A DNA stretch of 64,000 nt, taken from NCBI GenBank assembly GCA_965116905.1, contig OZ220732.1, positions 256,001 through 320,000 on the forward strand, read 5' to 3'. The notes under the pieces are model-generated. The model was not told where the DNA came from and ran no database searches. It was given only the letters and a program-made list of their open reading frames with translations. Both the position numbers and the translations under genes were made by a program. This DNA comes from Longimicrobiales bacterium (lineage in GTDB: Bacteria > Gemmatimonadota > Gemmatimonadetes > Longimicrobiales > Gaopeijiaceae). This document shows positions 8,918-17,452 of the stretch, in pieces. The first letter of the stretch is position 1; each line of letters opens with the position of its first letter.

Positions 8918-9976
8918 TTATCCACGGACTGCCAGCAGCCGCGCTGCCATCCATCGCCCGACTTCTCGCGTGGTGGCGCTGCCCCCCAGGTCGGGTGTTG
9001 TGACGCCCTCGTTGAAAGACGCGAGAATGCAGTCGGCCACATCGGCCGCGGCTTCTTCCAGGCCAAGGTACCCGAGCACGAGGCTCACGCACGCCACCGC
9101 TGCCACCGGGTTCGCAATGCCCTTGCCGGCGATATCGGGTGCCGACCCATGTACCGGCTCGAAGAGGGCCCACGAGCCCGGGTTGATGTTGCCCGAAGGC
9201 GCGAGACCCAGGCCGCCGGTAACCTGCGCGCCAAGATCGCTGAGGATGTCGCCGAAGAGGTTCGAAGTCACCACCACCTCGTAGCGCTGCGGCCGGCGGA
9301 CCAGGTCCATGGCCATGGCGTCGACGTACATGGCGTCGCGGTCGATCTCCGGGAATTCGCCACCGGTCTCGTCGAAGACACGCCGCCACAGTCCCCCTTC
9401 GTACGCGAGCACGTTGGCCTTGTCCACCAGCGTAACGCGGGTGCACCCCGTCGCCCGCGCGTGTTCGAAGGCGGCCCTCACGATTCGCTCCACGCCCTTG
9501 TAGGTGTTAAGACTCTCCTCGATCGCGACCTCGTCCGTCGTGCCGGTCCTGAAGCTGCCTCCGATGCCCGCGTAGAGCCCCTCGGTGTTTTCCCGGAAGA
9601 AGACGATGTCGGTGGCGGGATCGGGGTTCCGGAGCGGAGACAGGGCCGGCACGAGGAGCTTGCAGGGCCGATAGTTGATGTACAGGTCCGCGAACACCCG
9701 CAGGCCCAGCAGGATGTCGCGGGCGTGCACGTTGTCGGGAACGCGAGGGTCGCCGAGCGCGCCGAGAAGCGCCGCGTCGTATTCGTTGACGAGGCGGTCG
9801 CGGTCTTCGGGCGTCAGGGTGGTGCCGTCGCGCAGGTAGCGGTCCGCGCCCAGATCCCAGTCGTCCAGCGTGAGGTCGAGCCCGTGCTTTTCGGCGGCGG
9901 CGCGCATCACCTCGCTGGCGGCGCGCACGACTTCGGGACCGATTCCGTCCCCTGGGATCAGCGCGATCCGGGCCAC
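8918..9976 (-). CDS. 3-isopropylmalate dehydrogenase / beta-decarboxylating dehydrogenase family
   Basis: IPGDGIGPEV, RENTEGLY, DKANV, NLFGDILSDL, FEPVHGSAPDIAGKGIANP; not in a leu operon, so substrate uncertain. Confidence 0.9.
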   Translation of the reverse strand: MARIALIPGDGIGPEVVRAASEVMRAAAEKHGLDLTLDDWDLGADRYLRDGTTLTPEDRDRLVNEYDAALLGALGDPRVPDNVHARDILLGLRVFADLYINYRPCKLLVPALSPLRNPDPATDIVFFRENTEGLYAGIGGSFRTGTTDEVAIEESLNTYKGVERIVRAAFEHARATGCTRVTLVDKANVLAYEGGLWRRVFDETGGEFPEIDRDAMYVDAMAMDLVRRPQRYEVVVTSNLFGDILSDLGAQVTGGLGLAPSGNINPGSWALFEPVHGSAPDIAGKGIANPVAAVACVSLVLGYLGLEEAAADVADCILASFNEGVTTPDLGGSATTREVGRWMAARLLAVRG

Positions 9977-9990
9977 GCGCGAATGTGCCT

Positions 9991-10365
9991 CTACGGTACC
10001 CTCCCGAACATGATGTTGCAGCGGGGACAGAAGAAGTCCTTGCCGCGCCGCACCAGGGACGGGCCCAGTTCGCCCCGCGGGCACATCGGATCCAGGCCTT
10101 CGTCCGCCTGCATCCTGACCTTGCGCCGCTCCCGCCACGTACTGATCCGCAACGGCAGCTGGAACCGCAGCGCAGACGTCTTGCATTCGAAAAGGACGGT
10201 GCTGGTACCGTCGGGCTCCTCGCGCACGCCAAGGTCCATCAGGAATCCGCCCATGGGCGAAGGCACCTGGCGTCCGCTGCAATGCAGGCGCTCCATTTTC
10301 TTGACTTCGGGCAACTCATCGACCCCGAACCCGACCGGTCCGGGCTTTTTGTCGTCCGCGTCCAA
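9991..10365 (-). CDS. Hypothetical protein with C-terminal zinc-ribbon-like motif
   Basis: CPRG...CPRC; abuts the asparaginase stop; GGAGG upstream. Confidence 0.7.
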   Translation of the reverse strand: MDADDKKPGPVGFGVDELPEVKKMERLHCSGRQVPSPMGGFLMDLGVREEPDGTSTVLFECKTSALRFQLPLRISTWRERRKVRMQADEGLDPMCPRGELGPSLVRRGKDFFCPRCNIMFGRVP

Positions 10366-11469
10366 TCAACCCCTCCGCTCGAACAGGTAGGCCAGGTCCT
10401 CGTGACGGGTCTCCTCGTCCCTGCACACGGCGTAGCGGCCACCGGAATAGATGGCCGCGCCTCCGTGCTCGCCGTTCTTATTGATCGCGTAGTAGTTCAC
10501 GTTGAAGCTCGGACGGCCCTCCTCGTTCCGGAGCCGGTCTTCGGTGGTGAAGGTCACAATGCGCCGGAGCGCCTCCAGACACGCGTCGGTCGGCGACATC
10601 CCCGCGCGCATGAGTTCGACGACCGAATGGGACCCGCACGTCTTGATGACCGCTTCGCCCCGTCCCGTCGAGCCGCACGCGCCGACATCGTTGTCCACAT
10701 AGAGGCCCGCTCCCACGATCGGGGAGTCGCCCACGCGTCCCGGGATCTTGTACGACAGTCCCGACGTGGTCGTCACGCCCGAGATGTCCCCGTCCGCGTT
10801 GATGACGTTGCAGTTGATCGTTCCCTGCGGGCGCACCCCGTCGTGAGAGTCGAGCAGCGACAGTCCGTAGTCGTCCTCTTGCTCGAAGGGCGGCACCTTC
10901 ATCCCGGATTCCTCCGGCCTCAGGTAGTCGTCAATGTCGCTCATCCGGGCGCGCCACTCGATCCACCGGCGCCTGGAACGCTCGGTCAACAGATCTTCCA
11001 GCTGATGTCCCATGGACACCGCAAAGCGCTGCGCGCCCTCGCCGACCAGCAGCACGTGGTCCGTGTACCGCATGACATCGACAGCCACGCGCGAGGGCGT
11101 CTTGATGCCTTCCAGACACGCCACCGCGCCCGCCCCCCTGCTGGGACCGTGCATGACCGACGAATCGAGCTGCACGACACCGTCCAGATTGGGGAGCCCG
11201 CCGAAGCCCACGGACGCGTCGCCGGGGTCACGCTCCACGATGTTCACACCCTCGACGACCGCATCCAGCGTGTCGCCGCCCCCGGTTACGCTCTGGACGG
11301 CCGTCTCCACGGCCTCGAGCCCGTTCCCGCTCGCCACGGCAACGGGCACAACCACGCGCTTGTGCACGGCCGGAGCGGCGCGCAACGGCCGCGCGGTTCC
11401 CCCGAGGCCGACGGCGGCACCCACGCCGACCCCCGCGGAGGTCTTGAGAAAATCACGGCGATTGGTCAT
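10366..11469 (-). CDS. N(4)-(beta-N-acetylglucosaminyl)-L-asparaginase / type 2 asparaginase, Tat-exported
   Basis: Tat NRRDFLK; SVGFGGLP, QGTI cleavage site, TTSGL, GRVGDSPIVGAG, TGRGE. Confidence 0.92.
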   Translation of the reverse strand: MTNRRDFLKTSAGVGVGAAVGLGGTARPLRAAPAVHKRVVVPVAVASGNGLEAVETAVQSVTGGGDTLDAVVEGVNIVERDPGDASVGFGGLPNLDGVVQLDSSVMHGPSRGAGAVACLEGIKTPSRVAVDVMRYTDHVLLVGEGAQRFAVSMGHQLEDLLTERSRRRWIEWRARMSDIDDYLRPEESGMKVPPFEQEDDYGLSLLDSHDGVRPQGTINCNVINADGDISGVTTTSGLSYKIPGRVGDSPIVGAGLYVDNDVGACGSTGRGEAVIKTCGSHSVVELMRAGMSPTDACLEALRRIVTFTTEDRLRNEEGRPSFNVNYYAINKNGEHGGAAIYSGGRYAVCRDEETRHEDLAYLFERRG

Positions 11470-11514
11470 CGGTCGCACTCCTGCTGGGAAGGGTACTTCG
11501 ATTGGCGAATGTGG

Positions 11515-11811
11515 TCAGGCGTCCCTGGGCTCTCCCAGGATCGCCTCGCCCGCCCCGCCATCGACGGCGGGGGAGTCGGCGGGTTCCTCACGCCTGAGCC
11601 TGGAGATGACGGGCTTGCAGAACTGCATTCCCACGGCCTTCAGCTCGGAGAGCTCTCTGACCCCCAGATCCGGATACCGTTCCGCCAGGTATTCGATGGT
11701 CTCCGTCATCCAGGAGTCCTGGTCATCCACGTGGGCCTGCAGCACGCCACAGCGGTGAATGTGACTGAACAGCTCGTCTCGGGCTCGGTCCATCGGTTCT
11801 TGCTTCGCCAC
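11515..11811 (-). CDS. Hypothetical protein, 98 aa
   Basis: Strong SD GAGGAGGAG before GTG; DRARDELFSHIHRCGV... Confidence 0.8.
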   Translation of the reverse strand: MAKQEPMDRARDELFSHIHRCGVLQAHVDDQDSWMTETIEYLAERYPDLGVRELSELKAVGMQFCKPVISRLRREEPADSPAVDGGAGEAILGEPRDA

Positions 11812-11821
11812 TACTCCTCCT

Positions 11822-11917
11822 CATAATTGGTTTCTCACCGCGGGGTCCCGCGGACGCACCGGGCCGTTGAAATGACCCGCAAGCGAAGCCAATAAAGTAG
11901 GTGAGAAGCGAATTATG
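11822..11917. repeat. 18-bp inverted repeat (16/18) with 60-bp spacer in a divergent intergenic region
   Basis: cataattggtttctcacc (11822-11839) and ggtgagaagcgaattatg (11900-11917). Confidence 0.7.
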
Positions 11918-11964
11918 GCAAGAAACAGGAACCTGAGGCCGGGTGATTCCACCGGTTCGGACGC

Positions 11965-12372
11965 GTGAGACTGCTTGCTTTCGCCGTCTGCGACCACGCG
12001 GACGCCACCCCGGACGGGAAGCTCGACGTTCACGGAGTCTTCCACGACCTCTACGCTCCGGGCTTTCCGGCGCGCCAGGACAGGATGACCCTGGTCGTAT
12101 GCATCGAGTGGGATCGCGACGACGCGGGCCGCCATCACTTTCGTGTCGACGTGCGTGGCCCTGACGGACGTCCCACGCTCACGGTCGAGGGCGAATCCGA
12201 GGTGACTCCGCGCCCCCCCGAACGGCCGCCCCCGCGCACGCAGCTGGTGATGCCGATGGAGGATGTCGTGTTCCCCGTGCCTGGACGCTACGACTTCGAC
12301 ATCCGGGTCAAGGGGCACGTGATGCCGGGGCCGGTCCTGCACCTGGTGCACGTTCCGGCCGAGACGGCGTGA
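11965..12372 (+). CDS. Hypothetical beta-sandwich protein (DUF6941-like)
   Basis: CDHADATPDGKLDVHGVF...VVFPVPGRYDFDI pattern. Confidence 0.75.
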   Translation: MRLLAFAVCDHADATPDGKLDVHGVFHDLYAPGFPARQDRMTLVVCIEWDRDDAGRHHFRVDVRGPDGRPTLTVEGESEVTPRPPERPPPRTQLVMPMEDVVFPVPGRYDFDIRVKGHVMPGPVLHLVHVPAETA

Positions 12373-12424
12373 GCCGTGGGGCGCGGGTCTGGCAGTGCGC
12401 GGGCTGCTGGCTTTCCGCGGGCTG

Positions 12425-12994
12425 CTAGAGCGAAGGCAGCGCCAGGGAACCCGTCGCCTTGAGTACGAGCAGGACCATTCCCGCGACGGCTCCGAGCGCG
12501 GCTTCATACTCCCGGTTCCGCATGTAGCGAGCCAGCGAAAAGTCCGTCGTTGCGACCCCGAGACCGGGCTGCGGACGGTAGGGCGAGAGTCTGGGAACGA
12601 AGCTGGGGACCGAATCGCGATAGTCGCGGTAGCCGTCCCGAAACCGGGTCTCCAGGCTGGTGCTCTCGTGCGCCATCGCCGTCCGGTAGGCCAGCGCGAA
12701 GTAGCCGAGAAAGACGACGCCCAGCAACGGCCGCCCGCCCGCCACGGCAGCCCCCGTGCCCAACAGAAAGCTGCCCACGTACAGCGGGTTGCGCGTGAAT
12801 GCGTAGGGCCCCGACACCGCCAGCTTCCGGTCCTTGTCCAGAACGCCGGCGGCCCACCCGCGAATCGCCAGTCCCGCGAGCACGATGACTCCGCCGATCC
12901 AGACGGACTCCGCGACGGGCCGGGCCATCCAGAAGAATGCGATGCCGAGCACCCAGGCCAGCGGCAACCGGAGGCTGCGGGCGGTGGCCATCAC
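12425..12994 (-). CDS. Isoprenylcysteine carboxylmethyltransferase / phospholipid methyltransferase family membrane protein
   Basis: LAVSGPYAFTRNPLYVGS, ES..L..RFRDGYRDYRDSVPSFVP. Confidence 0.88.
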   Translation of the reverse strand: MMATARSLRLPLAWVLGIAFFWMARPVAESVWIGGVIVLAGLAIRGWAAGVLDKDRKLAVSGPYAFTRNPLYVGSFLLGTGAAVAGGRPLLGVVFLGYFALAYRTAMAHESTSLETRFRDGYRDYRDSVPSFVPRLSPYRPQPGLGVATTDFSLARYMRNREYEAALGAVAGMVLLVLKATGSLALPSL

Positions 12995-13022
12995 CCGGCT
13001 GCGTACACCCGAACCGCGGCCA

Positions 13023-13892
13023 TCACCCCCCCGGCGTCGCGGCGGCGGTCCCCGGCTCCACGTGCAGGACTTCCTCCAGGTGCAATGTGAGGTTCAGGGG
13101 CAGGAACGGCCCGTCGACCTTCATGTAGACCACCATCCTGCGTTCGTCGTCCGATAGGTGGATCTCCGCGTCGCCACCCTCCGAAAAGAGGCCGTCCGTC
13201 TGGATGATGGGCCGCACCACCACCGTGTTGAACTCACCGGCCCCCACCTCGCGCCGATCCTTGCGCAGCACATCGAGAACGATCGGGTTCCCCTCGTCTT
13301 TGTAGAAACGGTCGAAGGCGTAGCTCTGGCCCACCTCGAGCGCGAGCGTGCGGGTAAAGTAGACGATCGATATGTCGTCGAGGGGCTCGGGGTCGGGGAG
13401 CGCCCACGTCGTGTCGTGGTCGATCCTCTGCACGCGGTGCTCCGCGGGGAAGAACTCGTATTCGCGGTAGCGCTCGCCCTGGTCCTTCACAAAGCGCCTG
13501 GCGAACAGCCCCTCGGTGTCGATCCACGAGGTGAAGGTCTCGTCGATGCCGTATCCCAGCACGCTGCCCTTGAGTCGCCACTCGGCCACGTACGCGGGCA
13601 TGCCGTGAATCGTGTCGATCCCGGCGATGGTCATGTGGGCTTCTCCCACGGAAAAGATGCCGTACTTGACCTTGTACCTCAGGTGCTCGCCCGGCGCGAA
13701 CGGGACGCTGACCATCTCGGGCGACGCCCGGTCGAGCGAGTCCGCCGCTGTCGGCGCTTGGGCATCGGCGCGCGCTGCCACACCGGCCAGGGCAAGCGCC
13801 ATCAGCACCCGAGAGCCGCGATGCCGCCAGCCGCCAAGCCACCGGCCGCCATGCCGCCGACCACGATGCCGCCGACCGCTATGCCGCGCCAT
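13023..13892 (-). CDS. DUF3108-like exported protein
   Basis: Signal-like LALAGVAARADAQ, PFAPGEHLRYKVKYG, VGAGEFNT, IHLSDDERRM; true start may be ~13808 because the 5' part is a 15-bp repeat. Confidence 0.8.
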   Translation of the reverse strand: MARHSGRRHRGRRHGGRWLGGWRHRGSRVLMALALAGVAARADAQAPTAADSLDRASPEMVSVPFAPGEHLRYKVKYGIFSVGEAHMTIAGIDTIHGMPAYVAEWRLKGSVLGYGIDETFTSWIDTEGLFARRFVKDQGERYREYEFFPAEHRVQRIDHDTTWALPDPEPLDDISIVYFTRTLALEVGQSYAFDRFYKDEGNPIVLDVLRKDRREVGAGEFNTVVVRPIIQTDGLFSEGGDAEIHLSDDERRMVVYMKVDGPFLPLNLTLHLEEVLHVEPGTAAATPGG

Positions 13893-14655
13893 GGCCCTTC
13901 GGCTCCAGCGGCGGAGACTTCCGCAACCGCAGGATCTGGCGCAATGTCGGCAGGATGCGAAGCCGCGTCGGGCGCGGCCGCAGGTCGTACCGGCGGGTCA
14001 GGGGCACGTGTGAGACCCTGCGGGCGAACGGGGTCAGCACCTTCATCAACTCGGCGTTGGCGGCCCAGCCGTCGGTGCTGACCAGGCGCTTGCCGCCAGC
14101 CTCCCGCATCGCCTTCCTGACGACGATGGCCCGGTAGACGCGGAACCCGGCAAGCCAGTCGCCACCGGACGCGTCGGGCACGATGCGCCCGATCGCGAGC
14201 GCACCCAGCCAACGGGCGAAACGCTCTCTCCGCGGCACATCCGCCACGCCCGCCGCGGAATCGCCCGCCACGCCCGCCGCGGACTCGCCCGCCACGATAT
14301 CCGCGCCACCTTCGAACGTCTTGACAAGCGCGGGCAGGTGCTCCGGGTGCTCCGTGAAATCGCCCTGCATGGTGACGATCCCATCCCGCTTCGGGTAGCG
14401 CGTGCTCTCCACCGCCGCCCGCAACAGTTTCTCCATGGCGCGGCCGTACCCGATGGACTGCCGCTCGGAGAGCACGGTCAGCGGCATCACGCGCCTGTAT
14501 TTTTCCAGCAATGCCCGAGTGCCGTCCGTGGAGGCGTCGTCGAGCACGAGGACGTGGAAGTCGCGCCCCAATTCCCCCATGACGCGCCGGATCTTCCAGA
14601 GCAGCACGCCGATGGTGCGGTCCTCGTCCCTGCAGGGAATACAGATGTGGATCAT
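13879..14655 (-). CDS. Glycosyltransferase family 2
   Basis: ICIPCRDE, VLDDASTDGT, GYGRA, MQGD. Confidence 0.88.
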   Translation of the reverse strand: MIHICIPCRDEDRTIGVLLWKIRRVMGELGRDFHVLVLDDASTDGTRALLEKYRRVMPLTVLSERQSIGYGRAMEKLLRAAVESTRYPKRDGIVTMQGDFTEHPEHLPALVKTFEGGADIVAGESAAGVAGDSAAGVADVPRRERFARWLGALAIGRIVPDASGGDWLAGFRVYRAIVVRKAMREAGGKRLVSTDGWAANAELMKVLTPFARRVSHVPLTRRYDLRPRPTRLRILPTLRQILRLRKSPPLEPKGHGAA

Positions 14656-14704
14656 CGGTCCGGAGTTCGGTCGGATGGTGGAGAATGAATCTACACCAAA
14701 CGCT

Positions 14705-15622
14705 TCAGGGTGGCGGTGTCTTCCAACGCCTATGATGCCAGAAGTACTGGCACGGTTGCCTCCGGACCTGCTCTTCCAGGCGACTCGTGAACGCCCGGGT
14801 CCGTGTCCTGACGGCCTCGGTGCGATCACGCTCCCGCTCCACCTCGGGGATCGCCTCGATGCGCACCTCGTAGCGCGGCCTCCATCCCGGCAGCCGAATC
14901 GCGCGGAAGGTCGCCAGCACCACCCCGGCCCGCATGGACAGCACGGCCGGACCACGCGCCGTCGACGCGGGCCGCCCGAAGAAGTCCACGAACACCCCCG
15001 CCCCCCTCGCGTCCTGGTCCCCCATGAGCCCCACAACCCGGCCCGCCTGGAGCGACGCCAGCGCCCCCCCCACCGCCTCCCCCCTCGGGATCACGCCGAC
15101 GCCCAGTCTCCTGCGCGCCCGGGTCAGGTACCGGTCGAAGTGACGATTGCGCTGCCGCGCCACGATGATGTCCATCGGAAAGCCGCGCGCGACCACCCCC
15201 GCCGCCCCTACCTCCCAGTTGCCCAGGTGCCCGCTCACCACCATGATCCCCCGGCCCTCGCGCGCGGCCTTCTCCAGCAGTTCGCGCCCCACCAGGCGGG
15301 TCCGCTTCAGGATTTCGGCCCGGCTGGCTCCGGCGAGGCGGAACATGGCCACCGCTTCGCGCCCGAAGTGCGAATAACAGCGCCGCGCCACGGTGCGCCG
15401 CCACCGTTCCGTCGCATCGGGAAAGGCAATGCGCAGTTGCGCCGTCACCACCCCCCACCGGGGACGTCCCACCCGCGCGGCCACCCAGCCGAGCAGCGTT
15501 CCCGCGCGATCGGCCACCACGGCCGGCAGGCCGCCGCACACGGCCGCCACCGCACGCACCAGGGCAAACTCCAGGCGGTGCCGCAATCTGCGCCTGAGCG
15601 GCTCGCCGTTTCGCGCGCTCAT
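14705..15622 (-). CDS. Lipid A biosynthesis acyltransferase (LpxL/HtrB family)
   Basis: SGHLGNWE, MGDQD, VDFFGRPA, QYFWHHRRWK. Confidence 0.92.
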   Translation of the reverse strand: MSARNGEPLRRRLRHRLEFALVRAVAAVCGGLPAVVADRAGTLLGWVAARVGRPRWGVVTAQLRIAFPDATERWRRTVARRCYSHFGREAVAMFRLAGASRAEILKRTRLVGRELLEKAAREGRGIMVVSGHLGNWEVGAAGVVARGFPMDIIVARQRNRHFDRYLTRARRRLGVGVIPRGEAVGGALASLQAGRVVGLMGDQDARGAGVFVDFFGRPASTARGPAVLSMRAGVVLATFRAIRLPGWRPRYEVRIEAIPEVERERDRTEAVRTRTRAFTSRLEEQVRRQPCQYFWHHRRWKTPPP

Positions 15623-17430
15623 TGGAATTGCAGTTCCCGCAGCCGCCGGTACAGGCCGTCCTCCTCCATCAGGGTGGCGTGGGTGCCCTGCTGCGCGACA
15701 CGGCCCCCGTCGACCACGACGATCAGGTCGGCGCGCCGAATCGTCGAGAGGCGGTGCGCGATGACGAAGACCGTGCGACCCTCCAGGAGCCGTTTCATCG
15801 CTCCCTGCACGAGACGCTCCGACTCCGTGTCGAGCGCACTCGTCGCTTCGTCGAGAATCAGGATCGGCGGGTCGCGCAACAAGGCGCGCGCGATCGCGAT
15901 CCGCTGGCGCTGTCCCCCCGAGAGCGTGGTTCCCCGCTCTCCGACGACCGTCTCGTAGCCGTCCGGCAGGGCCGATATGAAATCGTGGGCGCGCGCCGTA
16001 CGCGCCGCGTCCTCGACCTCGCCCGCGGACGCCTCCGGCATTCCGTATGCGATATTGGCGCGCACCGTATCGTGGAACAGGACCGTGTCCTGCGACACCA
16101 CGCCCAGGCCCGCCCGCAATGACGCCAGCCGGAATTCCCGCACATCGGCGCCGTCGATCTCGACCGCGCCGGTCACGGGGTCGTAGAAGCGGGAGAGAAG
16201 GTCCACGATGGTGGTCTTCCCCGCACCGCTCGGCCCCACCAGCGCCACGAACGAGCCCGCCGGCACACGGAAGTCCACGTCCTTCAGGACCGGGTCGCCG
16301 CTCCGGTACTCCATGCCCACACTCCGGTAGCGGACCTCCCTGGAGACACCCCTGAATTCGCGGACTCCCTCCCGGCCCCGGGCCTCGGCAGGCGCATCGA
16401 GGAACTCGAAGACCCGCTCGGCACCGGCCAGGCCGGGTTGAATCAGCGCGGGCAGCTTGGCGAGATACTTGACCGGCGCATACAGGCGCGTGCTGAGCAG
16501 AATGAAGCCGAGGAAGGCCGCGCCCGACAGGGTATCGTCCACCACGACCATGCTGGCGCCGTACCAGAGCAGGACTGCAGTACCCGCGACCACCAGGAAC
16601 TCCGTGATCGGACCCGCGAGGGCGCGCAGACGGACGGTTCGGAGGAAGGTGTCGAAGTACGCGCGCGTAAGGTCGCGGAAGCGACGTCGCTCCAGCGGCT
16701 CGGCCGACGCGGATTTCACCATGCGGATTCCGGACACGGTCTCCTGAATATGGGAACCGACCTGGCCCGCCAGATCGAGGACGCGCCGGTCACCGCGCCT
16801 GAGCCGACGCACCAGCGGACCCCAGATCACCATGGCCAGCGGGACGACGACGAAGGCCGCCGCGGTCAGGCGGGCCGAGATCTCGATCATCCAGTACAGG
16901 CACGCCGTGAACTGCAGGACCGCCGCCAGCGTCTGCGTGAGCTCCCTGGTGACCAGGGTGCGCAGCTGCTCCACGTCGTGGGTCAGGCGCGAGACGATCT
17001 GGCCGGTACGCACCCTCGCGAAGAAGGCAAGGTCCAGGTCGAGGAGGTGGCCGTACACCCGGTTGCGCAGGTCGCGCGCGACCCCCTGTTCGACGCGCGC
17101 AGCGAGGCAGGCGCGCGCGAAGTCGACGGCGTTCTTCAGCGCGACCAGGACCAGCAGGAAAAGGATGATCCCGCCCACGACCGACTGAGGGTCGCCCTGG
17201 AGGTCCACGAAACGTCCCACCGTGGACTCGAGCACCTGCGCCACCCGTGCCGGCGCCTCGCCCGTCGCCGTGGCCGCACCGCTCTCGCCGAACACCGTCG
17301 CCAGGAACGGGATCAGCACGACGAACGAGAACGCGTCGAGCGCGGAGTAGGCGGCGCTTGCGGCCACCGAAAGGAGCAGGACGCCCCGGTGGGGGGCGAG
17401 GTGGGCGAGAATCCTGCGCCAGGTGGTCAT
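15619..17430 (-). CDS. ABC transporter permease/ATPase, MsbA-like
   Basis: N-terminal TM domain; GPSGAGKT, LSGGQRQR, LILDEATSALD, IAHRLST; adjacent to an LpxL-like gene. Confidence 0.92.
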   Translation of the reverse strand: MTTWRRILAHLAPHRGVLLLSVAASAAYSALDAFSFVVLIPFLATVFGESGAATATGEAPARVAQVLESTVGRFVDLQGDPQSVVGGIILFLLVLVALKNAVDFARACLAARVEQGVARDLRNRVYGHLLDLDLAFFARVRTGQIVSRLTHDVEQLRTLVTRELTQTLAAVLQFTACLYWMIEISARLTAAAFVVVPLAMVIWGPLVRRLRRGDRRVLDLAGQVGSHIQETVSGIRMVKSASAEPLERRRFRDLTRAYFDTFLRTVRLRALAGPITEFLVVAGTAVLLWYGASMVVVDDTLSGAAFLGFILLSTRLYAPVKYLAKLPALIQPGLAGAERVFEFLDAPAEARGREGVREFRGVSREVRYRSVGMEYRSGDPVLKDVDFRVPAGSFVALVGPSGAGKTTIVDLLSRFYDPVTGAVEIDGADVREFRLASLRAGLGVVSQDTVLFHDTVRANIAYGMPEASAGEVEDAARTARAHDFISALPDGYETVVGERGTTLSGGQRQRIAIARALLRDPPILILDEATSALDTESERLVQGAMKRLLEGRTVFVIAHRLSTIRRADLIVVVDGGRVAQQGTHATLMEEDGLYRRLRELQFQ

Positions 17431-17452
17431 TCGCGGACCGCGCGGACGGCCG

